Positions 8,992 to 18,167 of a stretch of DNA of 37,286 nucleotides are shown here, one piece after another (position 1 is the stretch's first letter; every line of letters starts with the position of its first letter). The notes under the pieces were generated by a model. It saw only the letters and a program-made list of their open reading frames with translations, did no database searches and was not told the DNA's origin. The DNA is from a virus. Lineage: Duplodnaviria > Caudoviricetes. The DNA is taken from IMG/VR virus record IMGVR_UViG_3300020042_003680, positions 1 through 37,286 of that record; one strand, written 5' to 3'. The translations under genes were made by a program, and so were the position numbers.

Positions 8992-10524
8992 ATGGCCTCT
9001 ACTTTTAGCACAAATCTGGCTCTTGAGCTTATCGGCACAGGCGACCAATCAGGTACTTGGGGAACTACTACCAATACCAACCTTGGTACGTTGTTAGAGC
9101 AAGCAATCAGCGGGTATGTAACGCAAGCCATTACAGACGGATCGGGTGCGAACACTACGATCTACATCCCCAATGGTTCCACGGGTGTAGCGCGGAACAT
9201 GTTCATTGAGATGACGGGGGCTTTGACATTCTCCACAACTAGCCTGATTGTTCCCGCCAACAAGAAGATGTACTTCATCTTCAACAACACTTCGGGTGGC
9301 TTTGCGGTAACCGTTAAGGTGTCGGGTCAACCGGGCATCCTGGTCCCCAACGGAAAGAAAGTAGTATTAACGTGTAACGGCACGGACATCGTAGAAGCAC
9401 ACACCGCTATTGTTGGTAATGCCACAATGGGTGGGACGCTGGGCGTCACAGGCGCGACAACTTTATCCAGCACGGTCAGTTTTACTGGCAGTACATTTAC
9501 ACTTGACCAGAAGTCGGACACCGCGTTTGCAACGCCAGCCGCACTATCTGCCACCGGATATAGAGGATTCGCAAGCACGGTAAGCGGCGCGTCCATGATG
9601 GGTCATGGAACGACAAATGATGTCAGCCTGATGAACAGGGCTGGGACTGTCGTGCTGGGTGTTGGGCCGAACACTACGGTTGTAAATATCCCCGCCTCGC
9701 TTACAGTTGGCACAACACTCGGTGTAACTGGCGTAGCAACTTTGGGCAATGGCGCGATTTTAGGAACACCGGCTTCTGGCGTTGCAACAAACCTGACTGG
9801 GCTTCCGCTCACCACGGGTGTGACTGGCACGCTCCCTGTTGCAAACGGCGGCACAGACGTTACATCGTACGCGATCGGCGACCTTCTTTACGCTTCTGGC
9901 GCAACGACGCTATCCAAACTTGCTGATGTGGCAACCGGCAACGCCTTGATTTCGGGGGGTGTAACGACAGCGCCCAGTTGGGGCAAGATCGGGATGACCA
10001 CTCACGTTAGCGGCACACTTCCTGTTGCAAACGGCGGCACAGGTGTGGCAACTACAACCGCGTATGCCGTGCAATGTGGCGGCACTACAAGCACCGGAGC
10101 GCACCAAGCTGTTGCAAGCGTTGGTACAACGGGGCAGGTTCTCACGAGTAATGGAGCCTCGGCGCTACCCACTTTCCAGACTACAGCAGCGGGCGGAGTA
10201 ACTTCTGCGGTCGCCGGTAGCGGGATAACGGTGTCAGCGGCTACTGGTGCGGTCACCATTTCGCAGGACTTCTACACAGGTTCCACTTCTACCAACGTAA
10301 CTTACCCAATAAGCAGTTATGTAATAGTCAACACGGGTGCTGCTTACGCAAACAACTCGTCCCAAGATGTTAGAAACGCAACAGGAAATACCGGGTTTGC
10401 GATTGCGTCAGGGACTGCTCTGACGGGTACATGGCGGGCTCGCGGAAGTTTCTTCCAAAACTTTGGGCTTATTGGCTGCACAAGTGTGAGCGTGGGCTAC
10501 GCTCTATTTCAAAGGACGGCATGA
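8992..10524 (+). CDS. Tail fibre protein
   Basis: MASTFSTNLALELIGTGDQSGTWGTTTNTNL N-terminal anchor; TLPVANGGT twice; GQVLTSNG; C-terminal GTWRARG...LFQRTA. Confidence 0.85.
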   Translation: MASTFSTNLALELIGTGDQSGTWGTTTNTNLGTLLEQAISGYVTQAITDGSGANTTIYIPNGSTGVARNMFIEMTGALTFSTTSLIVPANKKMYFIFNNTSGGFAVTVKVSGQPGILVPNGKKVVLTCNGTDIVEAHTAIVGNATMGGTLGVTGATTLSSTVSFTGSTFTLDQKSDTAFATPAALSATGYRGFASTVSGASMMGHGTTNDVSLMNRAGTVVLGVGPNTTVVNIPASLTVGTTLGVTGVATLGNGAILGTPASGVATNLTGLPLTTGVTGTLPVANGGTDVTSYAIGDLLYASGATTLSKLADVATGNALISGGVTTAPSWGKIGMTTHVSGTLPVANGGTGVATTTAYAVQCGGTTSTGAHQAVASVGTTGQVLTSNGASALPTFQTTAAGGVTSAVAGSGITVSAATGAVTISQDFYTGSTSTNVTYPISSYVIVNTGAAYANNSSQDVRNATGNTGFAIASGTALTGTWRARGSFFQNFGLIGCTSVSVGYALFQRTA

Positions 10525-10757
10525 TGTCTGCTTCTAATCTGAGAATTGAAGGCCAGTATGAAGACGGCGCGTACCGCTGCCTCATTGATATTGATGGAGA
10601 GGACTGCTTGTACTGCGCCCGTGCAGGTGACGATGCACCGCTCAATGTTTGGATTCTTGAGCGAGTTGCTGCTTGGATTGCTCAAGGTAACGCGGTTCAA
10701 TTGTGGGTAGATCCAGATCCGATACAGCCGGTTATGGATGGTGTGGCCGACCTGTGA
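10521..10757 (+). CDS. Probable tail fibre assembly/chaperone-like small protein
   Basis: ATGA-coupled to the fibre stop with AAGGA upstream; 78 aa, acidic. Confidence 0.55.
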   Translation: MMSASNLRIEGQYEDGAYRCLIDIDGEDCLYCARAGDDAPLNVWILERVAAWIAQGNAVQLWVDPDPIQPVMDGVADL

Positions 10758-11026
10758 AAAGCATCAACCCAGTCCGGTCTTTTGCAATCGATGGGGTGAC
10801 GATAAATATCTATTACGCCGCATGCGGTGAGGGATTACCAGAACATTCCCACGCACACGATCATGTGACTGCATGTATTTCAGGTTCGTGTCTCATTACC
10901 AAAGGTGGTGTTCTTCACACTATCAACGCTGGCGCAATGCCCGTGCGTCTGCGAGCGCCTGACCCACACGAGATTGAGTCCATCGAAGACGGGACGGTAT
11001 TTATTAACGTTCTGGGTCAAATGTAA
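10754..11026 (+). CDS. Cupin-domain protein
   Basis: GEGLPEHSHAHDHVT.CISGS...PHEIES cupin His motifs; GTGA coupling at 10754. Confidence 0.85.
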   Translation: MKSINPVRSFAIDGVTINIYYAACGEGLPEHSHAHDHVTACISGSCLITKGGVLHTINAGAMPVRLRAPDPHEIESIEDGTVFINVLGQM

Positions 11027-11042
11027 TAGGAATGTGAGTTTT

Positions 11043-11276
11043 ATGGAAAACCAGAATCTGATAAATATTTTTCTCGGCCTCGGAATGACTGTTGTGGGCT
11101 GGTTTGCGCGTGAATTGTGGGCTGCGGTCAAAGAACTAAAATCCGACATTTCACAGGTACGCGAGCAACTGATGAGAGAGTACCTAACAAAAGACGATTA
11201 CCGCGAGGACATCCGAGAAATCAAAATAATGCTCGCAAAGATTTTTGAGAAACTTGAAAACAAGGCCGACAAATGA
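11043..11276 (+). CDS. Single-TM plus coiled-coil membrane protein (holin/antiholin-like)
   Basis: LINIFLGLGMTVVGWFA hydrophobic helix followed by a charged coiled coil ending KLENKADK; lies in the lysis block. Confidence 0.65.
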   Translation: MENQNLINIFLGLGMTVVGWFARELWAAVKELKSDISQVREQLMREYLTKDDYREDIREIKIMLAKIFEKLENKADK

Positions 11277-11794
11277 AAAAGCTCCTTATTCTTGCGTTGC
11301 TGCCCTGTAGCGTTGCCGCTGCCGACTTGATGATCTGCAACGGCGAATATGCCCTGTGCGCTGCGAGTGGCTCGACCCCTACAGGCAAGATGATTGCGGT
11401 GAAGGGCAAATTGTTCCGAGAGGGGATGGCGGTCTGTCCCGTCCTGACGGGTCGAAGCGTGGCTAACGGTGCGCTGATGAAAAACTCCTGCGATGCGCCT
11501 CCCGGCAAGGTCTGGTCATTGTTCTCTACCGTCAGCGAAGCGCCACAAGCACCTAGCTGGGCGGTTGCGCCACTTGTGAAGCGATCCTTCATACTTGGCA
11601 AAGATTCTGGCATGAGCAATATGTGGAGTTTCATTTGCGATAAGCAAACGAAGAAAACCAACGGGGCGCAGCTTGCCTCTTGCTACGGCCCGATCAACGA
11701 ATCGCCCTTTACAAATGGACATATCAAGCCGGGCACTACAATCATTACCGATGCTCCGGTTGGAGTGTTAAACCCCGTAGGCGGAAACTTCTAG
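11273..11794 (+). CDS. Secreted Cys-rich protein of unknown function
   Basis: Signal peptide MKKLLILALLPCSVAAA; six Cys in the predicted mature part. Confidence 0.75.
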   Translation: MKKLLILALLPCSVAAADLMICNGEYALCAASGSTPTGKMIAVKGKLFREGMAVCPVLTGRSVANGALMKNSCDAPPGKVWSLFSTVSEAPQAPSWAVAPLVKRSFILGKDSGMSNMWSFICDKQTKKTNGAQLASCYGPINESPFTNGHIKPGTTIITDAPVGVLNPVGGNF

Positions 11795-11803
11795 GAGACT
11801 ATT

Positions 11804-11974
11804 ATGGGCTGGCTCAGAAAGCGTTTTGGTGAACCGTCAACTCTGGCAGGACTTGGGATTTTGTTTGCTGTTGGAATCCCGCTTGTCCCGCAGCAATATC
11901 AAATGCTGGCGCAAGGTCTGGCGGCTGCGCTGGGTCTGGGTGCGGCTGGACGGGCAGATCCGGGTAACAAGTGA
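11804..11974 (+). CDS. 56-aa two-TM protein, probable holin (not in ORF track)
   Basis: AGGAG RBS. MGWLRKRFGEPSTLAGLGILFAVGIPLVPQQYQMLAQGLAAALGLGAAGRADPGNK*, with GTGA overlap into the endolysin. Confidence 0.75.
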   Translation: MGWLRKRFGEPSTLAGLGILFAVGIPLVPQQYQMLAQGLAAALGLGAAGRADPGNK

Positions 11975-12390
11975 CCCCTCATTTCACCCTTGCGGAACTA
12001 ACCCGTACCGACCACCGGACACTCGACAACACTCCAGACGCAGACGCACTAGCCAACCTGCAAAGGCTGGCAGAGTTTCTGGAGCGGGTCAGGGAGGTTC
12101 TGGGCGGTAGGGCGGTGATGATTACGTCTGGGTATCGCTCTAAGTCTGTAAATTATGCTGTTGGGTCGAAGGATACAAGCAAGCATAGGTTAGGGCTTGC
12201 TGCCGACTTTAGGGTGCCGGGGATGAGTCCACAAGAGGTAGTCGGTGCGATTGTGGCCTCTGGAATACCTTACGACCAAGTGATTAAAGAGTACGATTCT
12301 TGGACGCACATATCCATACCAGCGTTGGCCCACTACTGTAGGCGTGAGGCGCTAATAATCGACAAAACCGGAACGACATTTTTTGTGTAG
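11971..12390 (+). CDS. Endolysin, peptidase M15A family zinc peptidase
   Basis: HFTLAEL, SGYRS, SKH..GLAAD and WTHIS zinc-ligand motifs. Confidence 0.92.
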   Translation: MTPHFTLAELTRTDHRTLDNTPDADALANLQRLAEFLERVREVLGGRAVMITSGYRSKSVNYAVGSKDTSKHRLGLAADFRVPGMSPQEVVGAIVASGIPYDQVIKEYDSWTHISIPALAHYCRREALIIDKTGTTFFV

Positions 12391-12396
12391 GTAACC

Positions 12397-14517
12397 ATGC
12401 CGCTTCAGAAACTACTGTTTAAACCGGGCATCAATAGGGAAAGTACCAACTACGCCAACGAGGGTGGTTACTATTCCGGGGACAAGGTTCGCTTTCGTTC
12501 AGGCTATCCTGAAAAGATTGGCGGCTGGCAAAACATATCCTTTGGCTACACCTACAAGGGTGTATGCAGACAGATGTGGAATTGGATTCCACTGGATGGT
12601 TCTAATTTAAACGCGCTGGGGACAAGCCAGAAGTTCTATGTAGAGAACGGTGGGTTCTACAACGACTGCACCCCACTTGCTGCTCCCGCTGCGGGTATTA
12701 ACAACAACCCATTCTCAACCACATCTGGCAGCAGACTGATCACCGTCACCGACACATCACACGGTGCGTCAGCGGGGACGTTTGTTACTTATGCCGGGGC
12801 CACTGCTACAGGCGGGATTCTGGCGGCTACCCTGAATGCTGAGTTTGAAATCATTACCCTGATTGACGGGAATAGCTACACCATTATTAGCCCAACAACA
12901 GCCACTAGTACTGCTGTTGGCGGTGGAGCGGGTGTAACCGCAGCCTATGATATTTCCGCTGGTGGTTCCGTTTACACCGTAGGTGTTGGCTGGGGCGCTG
13001 GGCCTTGGAGTCGGGGTACTTGGAATTCTGCGTCTAGCGTAGGGGTTGGTGTGCAGCTACGGCTGTGGACGATTGACAACTTCGGGCAAGACTTGGTCTT
13101 TGCTCCTCGCAACGGCGCACTTTATTACTGGGAAAAAGATACAACAACCTACCCCAGAGCCATCACTCTGGCTGCTGCGTCTACTGCTGCTGGGTATGAC
13201 GGAACCTATGTACCCAGCCAGACACTTCAGATACTGACCTCTGGGATTCAACGGTTTGGCTTGTGCTTTGGGGCTAACCCCTACGATCCGTCCACGCCAA
13301 GCACTACATTTGATCCAATGCTTGTACGCTGGTCAGATCAGGAAAACATCTACGATTGGGTTCCTACGACCTTTAACCAATCGGGTGAGCAGCGTCTTTC
13401 TAATGGATCGACCATCGTTACGGCAGTCCATAGTAGGCAGGAGAATGTCGTATTCACAGATACGGCTGTTTTTGTCATGCAGTATCTAGGGCCACCTTAC
13501 ATCTGGGGATTCCAGTTAATAACTGACAACATTTCTGTAGCATCACCCAACGCAGTAAATTCAGCAAATAACGTGACGTATTGGATGGGTGTGGACAAGT
13601 TCTATACCTACACAGGAAGGGTTGATACGCTAAGTTGCACTATCTGGAAGTACATATACAACAACATCAACAAAGACCAACTGTACCAAATCGTTTCTGG
13701 AACCAACGCCGAATACAATGAAGTGTGGTGGTTTTACCCTTCGGCTGGGAGCCTTGTGAACGACAGCTACGCCATATATAACTATATGGAAAAGATCTGG
13801 TACTACGGAAGTCTAAATAGAACCGCATGGCTGGATAGCGCGTTGAGGCAGTATCCGATGGCAGCATTTAGTGTTCAGGTAACCTATCTGGCTGTTGCCA
13901 TAACCGCATCCGATACAACCATCATACTTCTCAACTCCGGGTCTTACCCCACCACAGGGTCTATTCAGATCGACTCTGAAATCATTTCTTATACGGGGAA
14001 CAGCAATAACGTCCTGACGGGTTGTATCAGGGGGTTGTTAGGCTCAACCGCCGCATCCCATGTGCAATACACCGTTGCCCCGCTATACACACCCAATCAG
14101 GTCATGTTCCATGAACTTGGTGTTGATGACGGCTCCCTGTCTGTTTCCACGGCAATAGCTGCCAACATACAGACCTCTGATTTTGATATTGGTGATGGGC
14201 ACAACTTTGGGTTTGTCTGGAGGATGCTGCCGGATGTGACCTTTAACGGTTCTGATGTTAACGCGCCTAGCTTGTTTTTGACGCTCAAGCCTAGGGTGAA
14301 CTCAGGTACTGCCTACGGGGAGCCTTCTCCCAACACTGTGTTGAGTGCCGATAACTTTGCGGGTAACACAACCTACATCATAGAAACATACACCGGACAG
14401 GTTTACACGCGGCTGCGTGGGCGGCAGATGTCGTTTAAGATTTCGTCTACATCACTGGGTGTGGCTTGGCAGTTGGGTGCGCCAAGAATTGATATCCGCG
14501 CTGACGGCAAGCGGTAA
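12397..14517 (+). CDS. Tail nozzle / packaged-DNA stabilization protein (P22 gp10 / tubular B-like)
   Basis: 706 aa beta-propeller-like. KPGINRE...VRFR.G.PEKIGGW, VRWSDQE, EVWWFYPS; contains one FCCH-like insert. Confidence 0.8.
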   Translation: MPLQKLLFKPGINRESTNYANEGGYYSGDKVRFRSGYPEKIGGWQNISFGYTYKGVCRQMWNWIPLDGSNLNALGTSQKFYVENGGFYNDCTPLAAPAAGINNNPFSTTSGSRLITVTDTSHGASAGTFVTYAGATATGGILAATLNAEFEIITLIDGNSYTIISPTTATSTAVGGGAGVTAAYDISAGGSVYTVGVGWGAGPWSRGTWNSASSVGVGVQLRLWTIDNFGQDLVFAPRNGALYYWEKDTTTYPRAITLAAASTAAGYDGTYVPSQTLQILTSGIQRFGLCFGANPYDPSTPSTTFDPMLVRWSDQENIYDWVPTTFNQSGEQRLSNGSTIVTAVHSRQENVVFTDTAVFVMQYLGPPYIWGFQLITDNISVASPNAVNSANNVTYWMGVDKFYTYTGRVDTLSCTIWKYIYNNINKDQLYQIVSGTNAEYNEVWWFYPSAGSLVNDSYAIYNYMEKIWYYGSLNRTAWLDSALRQYPMAAFSVQVTYLAVAITASDTTIILLNSGSYPTTGSIQIDSEIISYTGNSNNVLTGCIRGLLGSTAASHVQYTVAPLYTPNQVMFHELGVDDGSLSVSTAIAANIQTSDFDIGDGHNFGFVWRMLPDVTFNGSDVNAPSLFLTLKPRVNSGTAYGEPSPNTVLSADNFAGNTTYIIETYTGQVYTRLRGRQMSFKISSTSLGVAWQLGAPRIDIRADGKR

Positions 14518-14529
14518 GGACTCACTAAC

Positions 14530-14712
14530 ATGGTTAATATACTTCCTGCTAAATCCCCTAACCTGCCATTAGCCACGGTTGAGTACGATCTTGGGTTTCA
14601 GAACCAGTTCAATAATGCCTTGCGTATCTACTTTAACCAGCTAGACGGCAACACACAGCAGTTCATTGAGGGGATAAATAGCGTGACGACCCTGCAATGG
14701 ATGGGAGATTAA
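14530..14712 (+). CDS. Small virion protein
   Basis: AAGGA RBS; PNLPLA..EYD...NALRIYFNQLD; follows the nozzle gene. Confidence 0.7.
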   Translation: MVNILPAKSPNLPLATVEYDLGFQNQFNNALRIYFNQLDGNTQQFIEGINSVTTLQWMGD

Positions 14713-14715
14713 CGG

Positions 14716-15054
14716 ATGGCTTTTCAGAACATCATAGGGAACGTACTTATACCTGCAACTGCGGTTACAGGGTCTTTTGTTACGTTATATACTACCCCTG
14801 CTTCTACCCGCACATTCTTGAAATGTATAGACATTTGCAACACAACGGGCGGGACGTTGACTGTGTTTGTTTCCTTGGTTGCGTCAGGTGGGACGGCGGG
14901 AACAGCAAACGCCTTGTATTCAGGAATAAGCATTACCGCTAACTCAGTTCTACAGTGGAGTGGGTTGCAGATACTGGTCGCGGGTACATTTATCAGTGTG
15001 AAAAGCACGACTACCGGGCTTACCATTACCGCCAGCGGTGCGGAAGCTACATAA
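14716..15054 (+). CDS. Small beta-sandwich virion protein (paralog of 5479-5805)
   Basis: TLYTTPAST...ICN...ITASGAEAT. Confidence 0.7.
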   Translation: MAFQNIIGNVLIPATAVTGSFVTLYTTPASTRTFLKCIDICNTTGGTLTVFVSLVASGGTAGTANALYSGISITANSVLQWSGLQILVAGTFISVKSTTTGLTITASGAEAT

Positions 15055-15069
15055 ATAGAGGCAAATATA

Positions 15070-17700
15070 ATGGATAAAGAGCAGGTATTGTTTTCTTTAG
15101 CTGACGATCCAGAGTCACGCCTTGTTTTTGATGCGCCAAAATTAAAGGCACAAACAACTATTGGGGACTCCCCAGTGGAATTGAGCCGCGATATGTCCAA
15201 TAAAAAAACCGAAGCAAAAATAAGTCGGGATTTCGGCCCTTTTGAACTTACAGGCAAAGTTGGCAGACAAAACAAAGAGAATACTGCATTGTTACGAGCA
15301 GCTTCGGATAGGGCTTTTATAGAAGCATCTAGAGACCCCTATAACCGTGCGCTTTCAGCAGGATATTCAGATGGTAAATTTAATGCAAACTTCCAACGCT
15401 CTTTGCCTAATGATGGCGGAAGGCCAAGCAATAGCTTAAATCTTGGCTATAAAACAACCTTTGCAGACGGTGGCCCTGCTCAACAAGTAACCCAGTTTCA
15501 GCCTACATTTTCCCAACAGGGTCTTGGCTCTATAGAGCAAGAACCCTATACGCCGCCAATGGAGTCAACCCCGCAGGACTACTACTCGCAATACGCTCCG
15601 ACACAGCAGTACAATGCCCCCGCAGCTAACCCCATGACTGCCGGGTTGGGTAGCTATATGGAAGGGCTGCAATACAAGGCTCCTCCTCCCCCCGCCGCTC
15701 CTCCCCCTGCCGCTCCTGCTGCCCGTAATTACTCTTGGAACAGCGGCAAGTACGCTGATGAGGCGGCGCTTCGCAGTGCGCTGGGAACCTATGCCACACA
15801 AAACAACTACACCCCGGCATCCGTAGATACATGGATGGGCGACCAAGCAACATACGGGATTTCTTCTACCCCCGCCGCTGCTCCTTCCACCACGACTGCC
15901 TACAACCCGCAGACTCAACAATATACGGCTCCTACGGCTCCTGTAGAACCTGCTGTCCCTGCACAGACCGCCCAAGAAATTGCTTACCAAAAGTTCAAGG
16001 CAGAGCAGGATGAGAGAGACTATATGGCGAGTACTCAAGGCGGGTCTGCTGCTGGTGGGCGCATCCATGCTTACGCGCAAGGTGGTTCCATACCGCAAGG
16101 CATAGCCTCTCTAGGGCGTGGGCAGGACTCCATGCTTGTCCATATGACCCCCGGTGAGGTACAGGGGCTGCAACGGCTTGCTATGGCTCATGGTGGGTCT
16201 TTGACGATCAACCCACAGACTGGACTGCCTGAAGCTGGATTCCTTAGCTCTCTGCTGCCTATGATTGCCGGGGCAGGGTTAATGCTGATTCCCGGTATGC
16301 AGCCTTTGGGCGCAGCGGCAATAACTGGCGGGATTGGCGCTCTTGCTACTGGTAGTTTAAGTAAAGGTCTAATGTACGGTTTGGGTGCTTATGGCGGTGC
16401 TGGGTTGGGAGAAAGTCTTGCTGGGATGGGTGCTGGGGCCGAAGCAACCGCAGCGGCTGCGGGGTCTGAATTGACCGGCGCTCTTGACCCGCGACTTGGG
16501 GAACTTGGGATAAATACTGCCTATACACCACCTGTTCCGCAAGCCCCCCCTGAACTTGGGTCAATAACTGGTGCAGACGCTTTGGCAACGGCTGCTGGCA
16601 ATCCCGTCACGCAGGTTCCAATTGCCGCAGAATCGGTGCCTCCGAGTACAACGCCGGTAGTGCAAAATGTACAACAAACTCCACAAGCAGTCGGCGCAGA
16701 CCCCGGTATAGGGACAAAACAAGTAGTTCAAAACCCTGTAAACGCTACATGGGAAGGCTTTAAACAGGCTACAAGTTCGCCGGGAGCGGCGGGGGATTTC
16801 TTAAAGAAAAATTACAAATCAGTAGCTATGGCTGCTGCACCTGTACTTTCATCTGCGCTAACCCCTAACAAGTTTGCTCCCCCAGCTAGAACTCCAACGC
16901 AGTATTCACGTTACGGGGATAGTACGACTCCGGGCTACACCCCACCTAGGTACAACCCGCTTACCGGGAATTACGATCCAGCGTCTTATGGCCCCGGTTC
17001 TTACTATACCAATCCTACCCAATACGCCGCTAAAGGCGGTGCGGTTGGATTTAAACAAGGCGGAATAGCGGATTTCTACCCGTTAACGGGAGATCGTCCA
17101 AATACAGGGGGTCTTGGTGGGGCCGCAGAAAAACCCAGAAATTCACGCAAAATAAATGATCCTGATTCTGGTGCTGGAATATATGACGACAAAGCAGGTG
17201 AAGGGCCGTATAGCGATTCTGGAGGGATTTATGAAAACACGCCCTCTGATGTTGCAAGTTTGTTTGACAAAGCAAGTGCAGCTACGCTTGCGCGGTACAT
17301 AGCCGATGGCAAGAGCGCACACAGAATAGCAGCCGCCAAGAAGGAGTTTTATGAACGCGCCAATGCATACAACAAAAATTATGGGGATACAACCAGTGCG
17401 GCACAGGGTGGGTTGATGGGTTTAAACACTTACGCTGCCGGGGGAAAACTTCTTCGCGGCCCCGGTGACGGGATGTCTGACTCTATCCCGGCTGTAATTC
17501 AAGGCGCTAAACCTCAACGCGCCGCCCTTGCAGATGGTGAGTTTGTCATCCCGGCTGATGTGGTGAGCCACCTTGGTAACGGCTCTACAGAGGCAGGATC
17601 AAGGCAACTGTACGCAATGATGAATAAGATTCGCAAGGCTAGGACAGGCAACCCCAAACAAGGTAAGCAGATTAACCCTGCGCGGTTTATGCCAGCGTGA
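15070..17700 (+). CDS. Internal virion / DNA-ejection protein
   Basis: 876 aa, Gly/Ala/Pro-rich. GRGQDSMLVHMTPGEV...INPQTGLPEAG, a hydrophobic Gly-zipper segment, and C-terminal GPGDGMSDSIPA...LADGEFVIPADVV. Confidence 0.7.
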   Translation: MDKEQVLFSLADDPESRLVFDAPKLKAQTTIGDSPVELSRDMSNKKTEAKISRDFGPFELTGKVGRQNKENTALLRAASDRAFIEASRDPYNRALSAGYSDGKFNANFQRSLPNDGGRPSNSLNLGYKTTFADGGPAQQVTQFQPTFSQQGLGSIEQEPYTPPMESTPQDYYSQYAPTQQYNAPAANPMTAGLGSYMEGLQYKAPPPPAAPPPAAPAARNYSWNSGKYADEAALRSALGTYATQNNYTPASVDTWMGDQATYGISSTPAAAPSTTTAYNPQTQQYTAPTAPVEPAVPAQTAQEIAYQKFKAEQDERDYMASTQGGSAAGGRIHAYAQGGSIPQGIASLGRGQDSMLVHMTPGEVQGLQRLAMAHGGSLTINPQTGLPEAGFLSSLLPMIAGAGLMLIPGMQPLGAAAITGGIGALATGSLSKGLMYGLGAYGGAGLGESLAGMGAGAEATAAAAGSELTGALDPRLGELGINTAYTPPVPQAPPELGSITGADALATAAGNPVTQVPIAAESVPPSTTPVVQNVQQTPQAVGADPGIGTKQVVQNPVNATWEGFKQATSSPGAAGDFLKKNYKSVAMAAAPVLSSALTPNKFAPPARTPTQYSRYGDSTTPGYTPPRYNPLTGNYDPASYGPGSYYTNPTQYAAKGGAVGFKQGGIADFYPLTGDRPNTGGLGGAAEKPRNSRKINDPDSGAGIYDDKAGEGPYSDSGGIYENTPSDVASLFDKASAATLARYIADGKSAHRIAAAKKEFYERANAYNKNYGDTTSAAQGGLMGLNTYAAGGKLLRGPGDGMSDSIPAVIQGAKPQRAALADGEFVIPADVVSHLGNGSTEAGSRQLYAMMNKIRKARTGNPKQGKQINPARFMPA

Positions 17701-18158
17701 GTTATGCAATGGCGGTAGAGAAGTTTACTGAAACCTACAGAGAACTTGAACCTTTATATCGTCAGCACTACAAGGAAATGACGGACAGGCTAAGTGAAGC
17801 AGGTATCCATTACAGCCCGTATAAACCAAGGCTTGAAGAATATGGTAAGGCAAGTGATGGCGGATGGTTGCTAAATTTTGTGCTTCGTACAGACGGTGCT
17901 GTTTGTGGGTATGCAAATGTGTACGTTACTAATGATATGCACAACAATGATTTGATAGCGCAAGAAGACACAGTGTTTGTCCTAAAAGAACACCGGAACG
18001 GTATAGGCAAGAAGCTAGTAAAGTTTGTGGTTGAGGAACTTAGAAGTCGTGGCGTTAAGAGACTAAATGTTTCCGCTAGGACTGATTTGCGCGTAGCAAA
18101 ATTGTGGAAAAGAATGGGCTTCAAGGAAGCCGCCACACAAATGACATACGAATTTTAA
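17697..18158 (+). CDS. GNAT family acetyltransferase
   Basis: FVLKEHRNGIGKKLV (motif A) and LWKRMGF (motif B). Confidence 0.9.
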   Translation: MSYAMAVEKFTETYRELEPLYRQHYKEMTDRLSEAGIHYSPYKPRLEEYGKASDGGWLLNFVLRTDGAVCGYANVYVTNDMHNNDLIAQEDTVFVLKEHRNGIGKKLVKFVVEELRSRGVKRLNVSARTDLRVAKLWKRMGFKEAATQMTYEF

Positions 18159-18167
18159 GGAAATATT

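Noticed and set aside
5807-10524. Diversity-generating retroelement acting on the LRR or fibre genes
   Set aside because: No reverse transcriptase in the window, and no template/variable repeat pair with adenine-specific differences was seen.
11826-12110. 94-aa ORF as an embedded spanin
   Set aside because: No signal peptide or lipobox; it overlaps the better-supported holin-like and endolysin genes.
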